DNA from: Paramecium tetraurelia
Lineage: Eukaryota
Length of the DNA: 30,119 nt
NCBI GenBank assembly: GCA_000165425.1
Contig: CT868673.1
Span: forward strand, 124,001-154,119
Reading direction: 5' to 3'
Part shown: in pieces, positions 8,820 to 21,266 of the stretch
How positions within the stretch are numbered: the stretch's first letter is position 1
Layout: the number at the start of each line of letters is the position of its first letter
Program-made: the position numbers and the translations under genes
Notes under the pieces: model-generated
What the model was told of the DNA's origin: nothing
The model's database searches: none
The model's input: only the letters and a program-made list of their open reading frames with translations

Positions 8820-11131
8820 TCATTTGAATTGAGATTTGGTATAGTTGTCTTTCAAGTCCTGTTATTCTTGTTTGCTATTTTTAAATAGTTATAGTAATAA
8901 TTAAGTATCCAATTTATTTTGGATTCTATTATATGATATAAGTATACTCTCTACACTATGATAAATCCGAATGGGGCTTAACAAATAATTCGACGTTTTT
9001 TAGCCTCGATTTCAGATATTTTTATATCGGAGATTAAGGCAATAACATCATCAATCCTTACAAAGATTGAATAAGAAAGGGATGATTAGCTGACTCTAAT
9101 AATTGCAATCTTAAATATGCAAAAACAGGTGATTCCAATAATAGGGTTAATCTGGCTATTTATACTAAGATTTCTAAATTAGTTTCTTATTCTGCAATTG
9201 TTAGGATGATATTATAAGTGAGTTCATACTCTTCAATTAAGAGAGATAACGATAATGCACTTACTTCATTATAACAAAAAGTTTTATAGATACTGATGAA
9301 GAATTCATAGGTTGATTTAGCTGTCTTTTGATTCTTCTCGTATTTATAATTTTTAAGCTTCATTCTAATGTTTTGTAAGCGAGGCTCTGTAATCAGTAGT
9401 TGTTCTAATGATTAAACCAATTATTATGTAAATGCTAAATCTAGATTATCATCTCCAACATAGACATAGTTTACTAAAAGTTTATTGCAAATTTGTGTAT
9501 AAACAACTTCAGCATTCCAAAATTCACATAGTTTCTTAATAATTATCTAACTCATTCTATTCAATAAGTTGACATTCTTGTGGAATATGTCCAGTATCTT
9601 CTCTATAACCATATCAAAATACTATTCATGAGATATACGAGCCAAAACATCCATAACATTCTCTACAACTTGAGCTTCAGCATCTTTTAATCTTTCAATT
9701 AACTAATTTAATTAATGGTTCTTTTACATTTTCTAATATATTTTCAATCATGGGTTTCAACTTCTCAGTTTGTGTGTTCAATAGATGTCTCATCCACATT
9801 AAAGCCTTTTCAGCAGTGTGATTGTTTTTTTCTTTAAGCATATCTTAGATGGTTGGCATGATGTCCACGAATTCTTTGCCTGAAGCCTTCATTTTGTCCA
9901 TTATTTACAATAATAAGTCATTAATTTGTTATGCTTAATTCACAATCTGAGGGGAATCAAGCGATAATAAGGAGAGTATTATTTTCAAAATATTATTGAG
10001 TTTTTCCATAATAACTGATTAAAGAACTGAATCTCTTCTCTATTCAAAGACATTAGACATTAAGTCAATTCCTTTGATAATTTATCCTCCACTTAATTCT
10101 AATTGATTAAACTAAACTTAAGGCTGATCTAATTCATTGCTCACTATTTTCAAGTATTCCATAATCCAATTCAAAACCTAAGACAACACATGAGCATCAC
10201 TCTACTTATTCTAGCATAAATCTAATAAGATTTCAATGATTTGTCTATGAGTTTTCAATTCTTATTGTTGACTGAAGGATGATCTTTTAGAATACCTCTC
10301 CAAATCCCTTTGAAATTCTTCTAATTATTTTCTAGCAGCAATTTTAGCTTCATTCGTAAACGGATCCTTGTTACTTGTATCTGCTAACATAAGAAAGAGT
10401 TCAGCCAAAAAGCCTTCAATGTAATCAAATAATTCTATATGAGGAATGGAATTCAAAGTGTTGATCCATGAAATCAGATTTAATTTCACTTGTTGATTTT
10501 TGAAAACTATCTAAGTGCTAATTGTTTTAACAAATGATTGGATTTTAAAATTTTATTTCTCAGGTGCAGTACTCATTACCAAACTCTTCAAACAATTGTC
10601 TAATTAGGATGCCGCTTTTCTTACGGATTCATCAGGATCTAAGAAACTTTGAACTAAGTTTTTATAAGTATCTTCCAACTTATTTAAGACCACATCACCT
10701 AGTAATTTGGAAGTCAAAAACAAATATTCAATAGCTGTGTATCTGACTCTTTCTTCCTTGTCTCTCATGCATTCAATCATAGGATCAATAATGTAATTCA
10801 AGCAGTTCTTGATGATAGTGTCCGAATTCTTGGTAATGATAAATGTAATACTTTTTTGGTCACCATATCTATAGCAATTGAATATAATCCATGCAATCCT
10901 CCTTTTTTATATTGAAATTATTGTTGCGTAATGTATCTCTCCTTTAAATGCTTTGCTATCTCAATGACTATTTTATCCGATGTTGCATTCTATATTACTT
11001 TTATCAATTCTTATCCTCCTATTTCTCTTTTCTCTTGCGATCTATTATGTTGTTTTAATTGTAGAGTACTTATCAAACAAATTTTTAGTTACAGGCTCAG
11101 GTAAATTGATATTGGTATTCTTTTCGTCCAT
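8820..11131 (-). CDS. VAC14: VAC14, HEAT-repeat scaffold of the PIKfyve/Fab1-Fig4 complex
   Basis: N-terminal LFDK^SQEKRE, KKGGLHGL, D..ERVRYTAIE, DPDESVRKAA. C-terminal IESPVFAYLRLQLLE and GLMMLLPQS..LKSRL. At least four 22-28-nt introns. Confidence 0.93.
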
Positions 11132-11159
11132 TTTAATTTAAAATAAATTAAAAATATAT

Positions 11160-11459
11160 ATGGGTTAGGAGAAATTAGCAGCATTGTTGTTGTATAGACA
11201 ATTGTTCAAGTCCTTAGGAAATCAGCTTTCAAGAGATTAATTGAGGAAATATTACTAATTCACAGTGTAAGCACGAGTGCATGGGGAAAATCAACAAATT
11301 TTGCAGAATTTAGAAATTTATTTGAAGGCTATCAAAACTCAAAATTAAATAATGGATGCTGAAAACATTGGCAAACCTAAAGATTATAAAGCAGATATAT
11401 AGAAGGTGGCTAATTATGTGGGATTAAGAATGCCTGCAACCCATTAAAAACAAGAGTGA
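11160..11459 (+). CDS. FMC1: FMC1-like LYR-motif mitochondrial protein, 99 aa, intronless
   Basis: N-terminal LLLYRQLFKSL (LYR motif), central YLKAIKTQ, and C-terminal IQKVANYVGLRMP resembling the FMC1 'A..VGL.LP' tail. Confidence 0.65.
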
Positions 11460-11493
11460 TTTATATAAGATCTATATAATTTTAATTCCATTT

Positions 11494-13350
11494 TCATTTT
11501 TAAGGTGGTTGACTAGAGAATCTGAATTTGCACCCAGTTGCTCTTTCTCGACAACCCAGCACTGATCTATTAATCTTAATTTATTTTAGTTGTAATCCAT
11601 CAAACAGTTGAATACTCTCATCCAAATCCGTATAGGAATCATTGTCTTTTACTGAATATTCGTCCTGATCCTGAAATTACCAGTTTTTTTACAATCGGTA
11701 CAATTGCTCATACTCGTACCTCTTGATTAACTTATAGATCCTATAATTGTGCAAACAACATTAGGATGCAATTTGATTAAGTTTGTTTCTACTGAACAAT
11801 TTGACTTCAGACTGTTGTAAAAGTGAAGCAACTATTTCGAAATGACAATTAGAACAAGCAAGATGCAAAGGAGTTTGACGTTTCTTTCCACCTTTAAGAT
11901 TTAAATCAAACCTTGATTATTTCTTATTGTTGTGTTGGATGACTGCTGAAATAGCATCTGTGTTACCCCTTTTAACAGCTATATGCAATGGACTCCACCC
12001 ATCATTATTAAGAGCATTTGGATTGATGTTCTTTTTCAGTAAAGCCACAAAAGCCTACATGTAAATTGAAGCATCTTTATCAAAACATGCCATGCAATAA
12101 TGTAAGGCTGTATTCCCTTTTTCATCAATTTGATTTGGATCTGCACCCTAAGTGAGAATATCAAGAATCAAGTGAATTTGACCTTTCACAATTGCCAGAT
12201 TCAAAATTGACCCATATTTTGCTGCATTGGTGTTTACAGATGCCCCATTGAATATCAATGCTTTAGCACTAAAATACTTTTCTTCTTAGATTGCCAATCC
12301 TAATGCTGTGTTCTGTCTTTAATCTTAGCAATCTACAATTTCAGGATAATAAGATATCAGAGATATCAAAGCTCCTATATCTTACTCAACTGCTGCCTTA
12401 TGTAAGATTGTAGTTGAATACTCTTTGTCTCCTCCTTAAGGGTTCGGGAGGATGTTTAACTAAAGATTTGAAAATTAAACTAGAAAGTCTTGAAAATTCA
12501 TTCCAATAGAGGAGCTATACTCTTCATCACTAAACTTGATATCAAGAATACTGATACATTAATTTAAGAGGGATCCTCGACGTCTTTGAGTTGCTTTTCC
12601 TCAAGTGACAAAAATAGTTTTTCTATGTATGGTCTATTCACAATGGGGTCTATCGGAGGATTTAGGTATTTGAACCAATCCAAACCTAATTCATTTAATT
12701 TCTTCAAATTTTTGAATTCGATTGGAATGTATTAGAACTCATTTGATTGAATAAAGAGAGATCTTAAATTTATTAGGGATATTAATGGGTAAAGTTTTTA
12801 AAGTCTGTTTTTACTCAATTCTAATATCTCTAGATGTGATTACCAACGAGAGATCTTTCTTGGAAGCATCACTACTAAATTATTGCTAATTGAGAAATTG
12901 AGGATAGAGGGGAAGTTGTCGAACAATTCCTCAGGAAGTACCTTAATGAAATTTGAATTTAGATTGATGATTTAGACTTTTTTCATTTGATATAATTCTT
13001 TTGGAAACAACCTGAACCTATTATCCTATATAGTATTCGATTAATACTTGAAGATCGACCATTTAAATATTTGCAAAATCACATTTTATTTTTGGAAACG
13101 CATCGATATTTTACTTCGCTAGGTTCAACAAGTAAGTGTTGAAGGATATCTTTTTTGAATTTCTTCCAGAATGAACTTCCTTTGATAAATATCTATTGTA
13201 TTAAACAGTTTCTGTTTATGCCACATGTTTTGAATATTCCCTATTTGGAGAGTGATTGTTGCTCACAAACAACTTGGTTTTGAAGAAATTCGTTTTAGAG
13301 CTATTGTATTTATTGGATTGCTCAATAAGAGTGACAATGTTTGAATCCAT
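11494..13350 (-). CDS. Leucine-rich-repeat plus ankyrin-repeat protein
   Basis: LRRs (INLNSNFIKVLPEEL and following), then LGLDWFKYLNPP, then ankyrin repeats (TILHKAA, GNTALHY, GWSPLHIAV, RQTPLHLAC). Two short introns (about 13030 and 12540). Confidence 0.88.
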
Positions 13351-13393
13351 TTTAGTTAATATATATATAATATAAAATTATATCATTCATAGT

Positions 13394-15520
13394 TCAACCT
13401 TGTATTTCAGTTAATTCTCCCATTAATTACCTATCATCATAACACAATCAATTACCACATATTCTCAGTATCACTGTAGTTACTAACAGGGAATTTCGAC
13501 ACAACATCTCTTTAAATAGGAAATATCTAATCCACTGTTAAAGCAAAAGCATCATCAATCATTCTTGGAATCAGCATTTGCAACAAAGGACTAGATTCTT
13601 CAAGACAAGGATTAGTGTTCACTTCTATTAAATAAATATTGAAAAGTTCATCCAAAAAGAAATCAAAACCAAAAATCTCCATACAAAATTTCCGATTTAA
13701 CTTATTGATTTTTGAAGCCACAGTTCTCATTGCAAAATATGACATTTCTTTCATTTTCTCTACCAGCTATCCTCTAAAATCTATTTTTGATTTGAAATAA
13801 TCAGAAACTGAATCAAATGATAATTGATTTCCTAATTCTTACTATCCATATTTGTCACTATGTTATTAAATAGCATTATTTGTTAGATGAATGTAAATGT
13901 TATCCACATCATTCGTTCTATATTCTTCAGATGCCATTCTTATATAGCCTTCTCTAATAAATATGTATAAAACATTCTTACTTAAAAAAATAACAACTCA
14001 GATCAATATTTAGAAAGACCCACACTCTTATGTCAAATTTCCTATTTTTTATTAATAAAGGCTTCTCAATATATTTCTGGACAACGAATGATGAAGTTTT
14101 CAATAAATATTAAACTACCTTCTATTGAGTTTGGCCATTCTCATCTTTATATGTTTCCATTTATTTTTCATGGTAACCATATTAATAATCAATCAGCAAT
14201 TCTACTAGATTGTCAATATCTTGAAACACATGAATTCCTCTTCCTCTATTTAACCCTGTGGGTTTCAATAGCCACAAGTAATCAGGACCTGTAAATGTAT
14301 CTCTCATTTGAAATTCCAACTATTTTTTCTCTCTACTAGGAGCTATTCTCAGTTTCTTTTTTATTTCGTTGAGTTTGTTTTAAGCATCCTATTTATTTAA
14401 CTATTTAGATTCTGGTGCATTTCTATTATAGAAATTATAGAAGGCAGATATATTGGATTCCACTGATGCATCTGTAAAATCTATAGCAAAAGTGACTGGC
14501 ATAATATCAAAAGGATTCATTTTAAGAGTCTAATTAAAAATTCATTTTACTTCGCAGGCAGCTGAAATATTCACTAATAAATTCTTTTTGTTACTAATTT
14601 CTGGATGAAATTCAAAATGATTGAGTAATTCTTTATGAGATTTATGCCAGTTCAATTTAAAATACTTGTATCCATTATTAGATTATTACCATCTAAAATT
14701 GGCTCTTGCTGTATTAGCAGTTTGATGCCAATCTGGTCTATTGTCAAAAACTCGTTTTATTAATTCACAATTATTGCCTCCACCTAAAAAGTAGGAATAC
14801 ATTGTTGGTTATTATTAAGGATTGGTTTCAATGGGAGTTGGAAGTTAGAGTTTCATAATTGATATAGTTTGTCTAATATTTTTGGAAACTTTAACTGGAG
14901 GAGAGGGTTGCTCAACAAATGATTTATCTTATTCTTTTTACCTCTAAGTATCTTTGGAGTATAATTTATTTTTTTATTTTAAAATCTTTTCATTCAATTT
15001 ATTATTCTCTTTATTTAATTACTCTTTTTCTCTCTCTTTTTCCTTAATAATTTCTAATTCTCTAAGTTTATCTCTACTCTTTGATCGTATTTGATTAAAT
15101 TTATTCTTTTCTAACTTAACTTAAGGAGTTTTCAAAGCTGGTAAACTATCTGATGTTTGTGGCTGAGATACTTAAATTTTGATTGCAGATTTAGCCTCTC
15201 TCTTCTTACCCTTTTTGATTTCATTTTATATAAATTAATCAGCTAAAACCTTGGCCAATTCCTAAGGACTCTTAAAATTGGGTAATTTAGCTAAAGAACT
15301 TGTGAAAAAGTTAGTAAAGGCCTTGCTCTCTAGACTTTCCTTAACTCTTTGCAGCATTTCCCAATTTTCAGATTGTATTGTTTTACTTTCTAAATAATAT
15401 ATTCATATAGGTTATACTCTAAATAAAGTTTAAATCCATCTAGGAGGTATTTCTATTTGATCTCAAATTAACCAAAGTTGGCAATTAATTTGCATAGTTG
15501 TTTTACTGTTCTTCACTCAT
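13394..15520 (-). CDS. Tubulin-tyrosine-ligase-like protein (TTLL3/TTLL10 glycylase-type motifs)
   Basis: [75 protein letters not shown]. Lys/Glu/Gln-rich N-terminus; four short introns. Confidence 0.92.
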
Positions 15521-15599
15521 GTATATTATTAATAAATAAATAGTTTAATAGTTTGGATAAAATAAACACGAATCATCGTTACAATAAATAATAAATAAT

Positions 15600-17390
15600 T
15601 CAAAGCTAACAAACATATTCCCATAAGTTCTCCTCATTTGAATAATGAAGAAATGGATATTTTGATGGTGTCTTTTATTAAACGAAAAGTCTGTCAACAG
15701 TTAATTTAAATGCATCATCTACTTATCTACAAGATTATTACCTATCAATCTTGGAAAGAGAGTCCCTAACAATTTACTAGTCACTTCTAAGCTAGGATTT
15801 GTGTTCACTTCAATGAGCCATGGTTTGAAATCCACATCTAAAATGAAATCCATACCAAAAATCTCAAAGCAATTTTTCCTTTTATATTTATTGAGCTTTC
15901 CTTTGACACTGGTAAAAGCCAAAAGGGATATCTATTTCAATTTTTGAATCACCTTTGAATAAATGAAATTAAAACTTCTTTCCGAAAATCTATTTTAAAA
16001 TATTATGAAGCTTAATCAAAATTATATTGGTTGCCTTCCTCAGTTTTGCCATATTGAGGATGTGTGTACTGAACAGCATTATTAGTTAAGTGTACATAAT
16101 TTGATTGTTACTTAACATCAAAGCTTTCGGTAGCCAATCTTAGTTACCCTTCTCTAAATAGTAAATTAAATTTATACTTAAAAAAGAAGAATCCTAAATT
16201 GGATGTTATCATCACATATGTTCGTATATCAAACTTCCTTCCTTTGATCAATAAGGGTTTTTCAATATATTTCTGAATCACAAATTGCTCTGTCATCAAT
16301 GTATTAATGTAGACGATCTTCGTTACTATTTCGTTTTGTTCATTTCTCTTGACCTCCAAAAGATGCTCTCTGTATCCATTCTAATACCTATTATAAATAT
16401 CAATTATCTCCTGCAGATTTCTGACCACATGAATCCCTCTTCCTTAATTCATGTTTGCTGGTTTGAAGATCCAGAGATTCTCTCCAGCAAATAAAGTAGG
16501 GTATTCATCAACCTTACCTTCCACTTAAGTCCCATACTTAAATTGGTATGATTTTATAGTTTTATCCAACTCTTATAATTGGTTTTAAGGACATTATGAC
16601 CTGTAGAATGTCAAGAACTAAAATAAGCCAGCTTTTAAATTCTAGTTTGTGCATTCGATAGCAAAACTGATTGGGATGTAATCTTGTACGTTTAATTAGT
16701 TTCTCTATAGTTTATTATTAATAAACAACTTACTTCACAATGTGTCTTAAAATTTAATGCCAAGTGATATTTATTTGAAATTTCGGCATGAAACTCAAAA
16801 TGGTTCAGCATTTAAGGGAGAGAGTCCTTTAAATTTCCTGCCAAAGTGCGATACTCGTAGCCTTTTTCAGTTTCTTGCCATTTAAAGTTAATATTCTTAA
16901 GGCTAATATCTTTCACCTAAACCCAATTTTATCTTTCATCTAGTAACTTTTTAATTAATTCATGGTTGTTCCCGTCTCCCAAATAATAGAAATACGTAGA
17001 AGGCATTGATCTCTTGGGTTGAGCCGATAAACATTTTATAGGAGGTTATACTGAAAAACTTCTTGGTTAAGTGTCTTTCTTTTTAGGAACTGGTGGTAAC
17101 TTTCGTTGTTGAGATTCCTTTCTCTATTTCTTTGCTTTAAATTATGCTCTAGCCTTTTCAATTGCATCTGTTTCCATTTGTTTGTAAACGATATTTCTAC
17201 TTTTTTTTCTCATATTATTCTCTGTTAAATATCTAGAGGGGAGTTGAGCACTAAAATATTAAATGGCCAGTTTCTAAGCAAGTTCTCTGACACTGTAGCT
17301 TTAGAGTTTGCTGGAATTGGATACATATTTATCAAAGAATTAAGAGAAAGCATCTTAATTTTATTGTGTAAGTTTTTATGCACTCTACAT
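15600..17390 (-). CDS. Second TTLL protein (tandem paralog, TTLL10-like motifs)
   Basis: [66 protein letters not shown]. Four short introns. Confidence 0.92.
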
Positions 17391-17755
17391 TTAATAAATT
17401 AATATTCCTCAATTACTCTGTTTTATTTAAATGATCAGAATACTAAATATTTCTTATCAATAAATTAAATTAAAATTTGTAGAATCAACTAAAAAGTTAT
17501 CTTTCAGTTATATCCATATTTTCTATGATATTCTCAGACCCAAGCTTTTATCTATTCCAATTAAACATCAGTTGTTTTTGTAATCCTTAAAGAATTATTT
17601 ATTTATATTAATACTATAAGGATTAAATAATCAAATCCAAAAAACAAAGGGACTAAACATTGGTTATTTTTAACTTATGCAGAAATCAATTGTCAAACTT
17701 CGTAATCCAAATTGGAAAATAAACACAACAACCATATTGATGAAAAGCTCAGTTA

Positions 17756-19489
17756 ATGAATTTTAAATAAAAAAACAGGCTCCAATGTGAGAAGATGAAA
17801 TATATTTAAAAATATATAATCTAATTTATTTAATTTCTAGCACCAAATACCCAAGATAGAATTACAAACTATTTTATTTTTTAATACCAAAAGAAAAATA
17901 TTAAAAGTCTTTATTATGATCGATTCTGCTAATATAAAATAATCTTCTACAGCTGCAACTAGTCGCAAAGAGAGCTAATTTTTAAGTGGGAATTGTAGGA
18001 TAATTGGTTACCTTCCTCAAATCGAGTGTTGCCATTAAAAATTGACTCCTTTGAAAAAAATACTACCTGTTCCAACCAAACTATTAAATTTTATTTTAGC
18101 AAACCTAATATCAAGTATTTCCATTATCATTGGCTAGTTATTTTGGAAGTAGTAAAAAGAGATTTACCAACGCCTGATATAAGGATAGATAAGATTTTCG
18201 TGATTGAAGATGACTACTAGAATGGAATGCCTTTTATCATTAGTAAATAAGATAGAACAACAGCTAAAAATTGTGAAGAAATCCTATTTAGAAACTTTTA
18301 AAACTTATGTAATTCCAGCAATTTTATTATAGGCTCATAATTAGGATGTATTTCAAATTATATCTATTGCACTAGCCTTATTATGTTTTAACAATCAATA
18401 TTTGAGACCAATAAATTAGAGTAGGCAGCTTTTTAAGAAAACTCTAAATTGCTTCGAAGAAATTTATAAATTGAAAAATAAGGAAAATGCTTTTCGAATA
18501 AAGTAACGCAAGTCCTTATTATAAAACCTCCAAAATACCTTGCCAAATCTTAAAATGAGAATTAAATTGCAATAAAGGTATCACAGGCGAATGAAGAACT
18601 TTATGAATTAAGAGAAATTGAAATTATTGAAGAATTCAATCATAAACATCTCCCCTATTTATACGGGTACATAAGATATTCTGATATCATTTTTTTGTTT
18701 TTGAAGAAACATGATATGACCCTCTAAGAAATATCAAAAAAACTCTGCGAATAGAGAAATGATATTAAACCAGTTCACATTGAATAGATCTTATTAAAAT
18801 TATACAGACAAATGGTAATTGCCACTAGCTATTTACATTCCATCGATGTAATTCACAGAGATTTAAAACCTGAAAATATTATGTTTGACTTTTAAAGTCG
18901 TGTAGAATTAATGATCGATATTATGGATACACAAGCAACTTGTGTTTTGATAGACTTTGATAGATCAACTCTGGTGGAAAATGAAAATCCTTAAAAAGTA
19001 TCTCATCATGTTGGTACTCCCTTTTATAGACCTCCAGAAGGAGAATAAATCAAATACTTCCCTACTTATGATATCTGGTAATTGGGATTTATTTGGTTTG
19101 TGTAACAAAAACACTTCCAACATAAAAATTCTCAAACGTAAGAATTTTCTCCCAAGTAAAACAAAGTATAAGAATTGAATACTACCATAAAAAAAATTGA
19201 AGATTAGATAAAATAATTAAAATAAAAAATTTAAGATCCAAATTAGAAATAAGACTCTATTTATCAGTTATAAAGCTAAATTAATGAGTTATAAAATTAG
19301 TTGAATGATACTACGAATCAAAAGAGGTTTTATTATCAAGAACTAATAAAACAAATTGAAAAGAAAGAAAATTGTTTTACATATTGCAATAAATTACAGG
19401 AGTTAATAAAAAAAATGATCGAATTTGAACCTCGGAATAGAGCCACTCTTGATCAGGTATTAGGAACATTAGACTAAATTATAAAATGA
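17756..19489 (+). CDS. Divergent intronless protein kinase (DFD motif, coiled-coil insert); start uncertain
   Basis: One open code-6 frame of 577 codons with IAIK, HRDLKPEN, LIDFD, GTPFYRPPE, DIWQLG, MIEFEPRNRAT. Alternative start at 17795. Confidence 0.75.
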
Positions 19490-20160
19490 AATAGAAGGAA
19501 AAAATTATGAAACAATGAATTTCAAAATAAAATTAAAAAATATTAATTTATATTTTATAACTCTTATCATTTTAATTAATCTATTTCTCTTCTTTATCAT
19601 TTTAATAGTTTATTATCTTATGAATTTAATAATTAATCTTAATACATTCTCGTATGCATGCTTTGCATGAAAAACATCTATCCAATATTAAAAAACGATT
19701 TGGATCTTGGTAATAATGGTTAGGAGTGCTAATTATCAGACTATAACAATTTTGCATTCCCATAAAATCTTAAGGTTTTATAGCTTGTAATTTTAGGCCC
19801 ATCTTAATACAAAGAGTTAAAATAGAACATAATTTTAATAGTTTCCCTTTTATTCATCACAATTAAACCATAGTTATATATTATTTTATTAGAGTATTAG
19901 AAAAATATATCTTAATTAATTTATTGATTATTATTGTCTTATAATAGCATCCACCAGTGGGGAACAAGAATAAATTTAAGGCGTAAGATGAATATCTACT
20001 TTAGATTACTGTCATAAGTTCAATGATATTAAATATTTAATATATTTTTTTTATAATATTTCGATCATTAATGAAGTAGTAAACTTAAACTCACTAACAC
20101 AAGGATGATGATTATTTTATAAAGCAATCTGAGCAAAGGTTAAATTAAATACACTATATA

Positions 20161-21162
20161 ATGACGACTATTGAAAACAAGGAGAAGTATGCTAGGGGAA
20201 AGGGTCGTGATCTAACTTCATTAAAAAAAAGAAAAAAAGCATTTTAATCACTGGAATAAAAATTTAAGGAGCATGAAAAAACTTTCAAATCCAGATTCAT
20301 AAATGATGGGTCCTAATCGAATAGAAAATTTAATCACATTTTGACAGAAGCAAGTTCTTTTTGCCAAGAAATTATACCAAACATCTCAAGAATAAAGACA
20401 GTAGATTAGCATAGAGGTTTGGATTTCTTGGCCATAAAGAAAAACTATAAGGAATAAAGCGAATTAAATGTAGAAGCATGGCAAACAGATTAAAGATACC
20501 TTAAAATAAAGGAGGAATTAATATAAATGTAATAGGATGCAAAATTGCCTGACTATTGCAAATTCTGTCTTATAAATAATAAGGAAACGCTCAAGAGAAT
20601 GAATAGATCAAATTAAGAAGTTAAAGAAACACGTTTGCTCTTTAATATGAAGGATAAGTTTCCTCCAGAAAAATTGAAAGTTTATATGGAAAAAATCTTA
20701 AGGAAATACCAAAGATTAAAACAAAATTAGGTACTTGTTCCAAATGGAGTTGGATGGAAATTATTAACTATAAAGTCAAAAATACCTCAAAATGAAGATG
20801 ATGTTTTGATTAAAGAACATCTGCTAGAGAGAAAATAGCCTTCGAGAAAAACATAGTTGTTAAAAGCTAAAATTTAATTCGTAAAATAGTTGAACGACGA
20901 GAAAAAAAGAATGGCCGTTTATGAGGAAAGTGTATCATAGAATTAGGCCATCTAATAATTCAAGAAAAGAGTTTTTAATAATAATAGTGAACCTAATTTA
21001 GGAATTCAATAGTAAAAAGAATATATACAAACTGAATTCGAGGAATACAAAAAGCGATTAGAAAAATTTAAAGAAACAGCGAAAAATGATCTTTATTAGT
21101 TATCTCATCTTCATAAGAAAAATTATGGGATGAATCTTGAGTCTCGTGTTATGTCATCTTGA
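20161..21162 (+). CDS. Hypothetical protein, 333 aa, intronless, Lys/Glu-rich
   Basis: Uninterrupted ATG-to-TGA frame in code 6, flanked by AT-rich spacers. No motif recognised. Confidence 0.75.
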
Positions 21163-21266
21163 ACTATATAGTACATCCATGAATGGATAGTATTTCGTAT
21201 ATGCAAATTTTAATTATATATAAACAAATTTGTTATATTAAATATTTCACTTATTTTTGATTCAAA

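Noticed and set aside
121..16494. Several supplied ORFs (121-360, 1432-1629, 1797-1979, 2184-2453, 2790-2972, 14088-14294, 16285-16494)
   Set aside because: Off-frame or antisense shadows of real code-6 genes, with no independent motifs.
17431..17790. 119-codon plus-strand ORF upstream of the DFD kinase
   Set aside because: AT-rich, Ile/Leu/Lys-biased and motif-free. Such ORFs arise easily when TGA is the only stop.
19650..19965. Short inverted repeats (CATGC-TTT-GCATG, CCAC-CA-GTGG)
   Set aside because: Stems of 4-5 bp are expected by chance and have no supporting structure.
20070..20135. Possible box C/D snoRNA (ATGATGA at 20105, CTGA at 20129)
   Set aside because: The boxes are too close for a C-D pair, there is no convincing upstream box C or terminal stem, and I recognise no rRNA-antisense guide.
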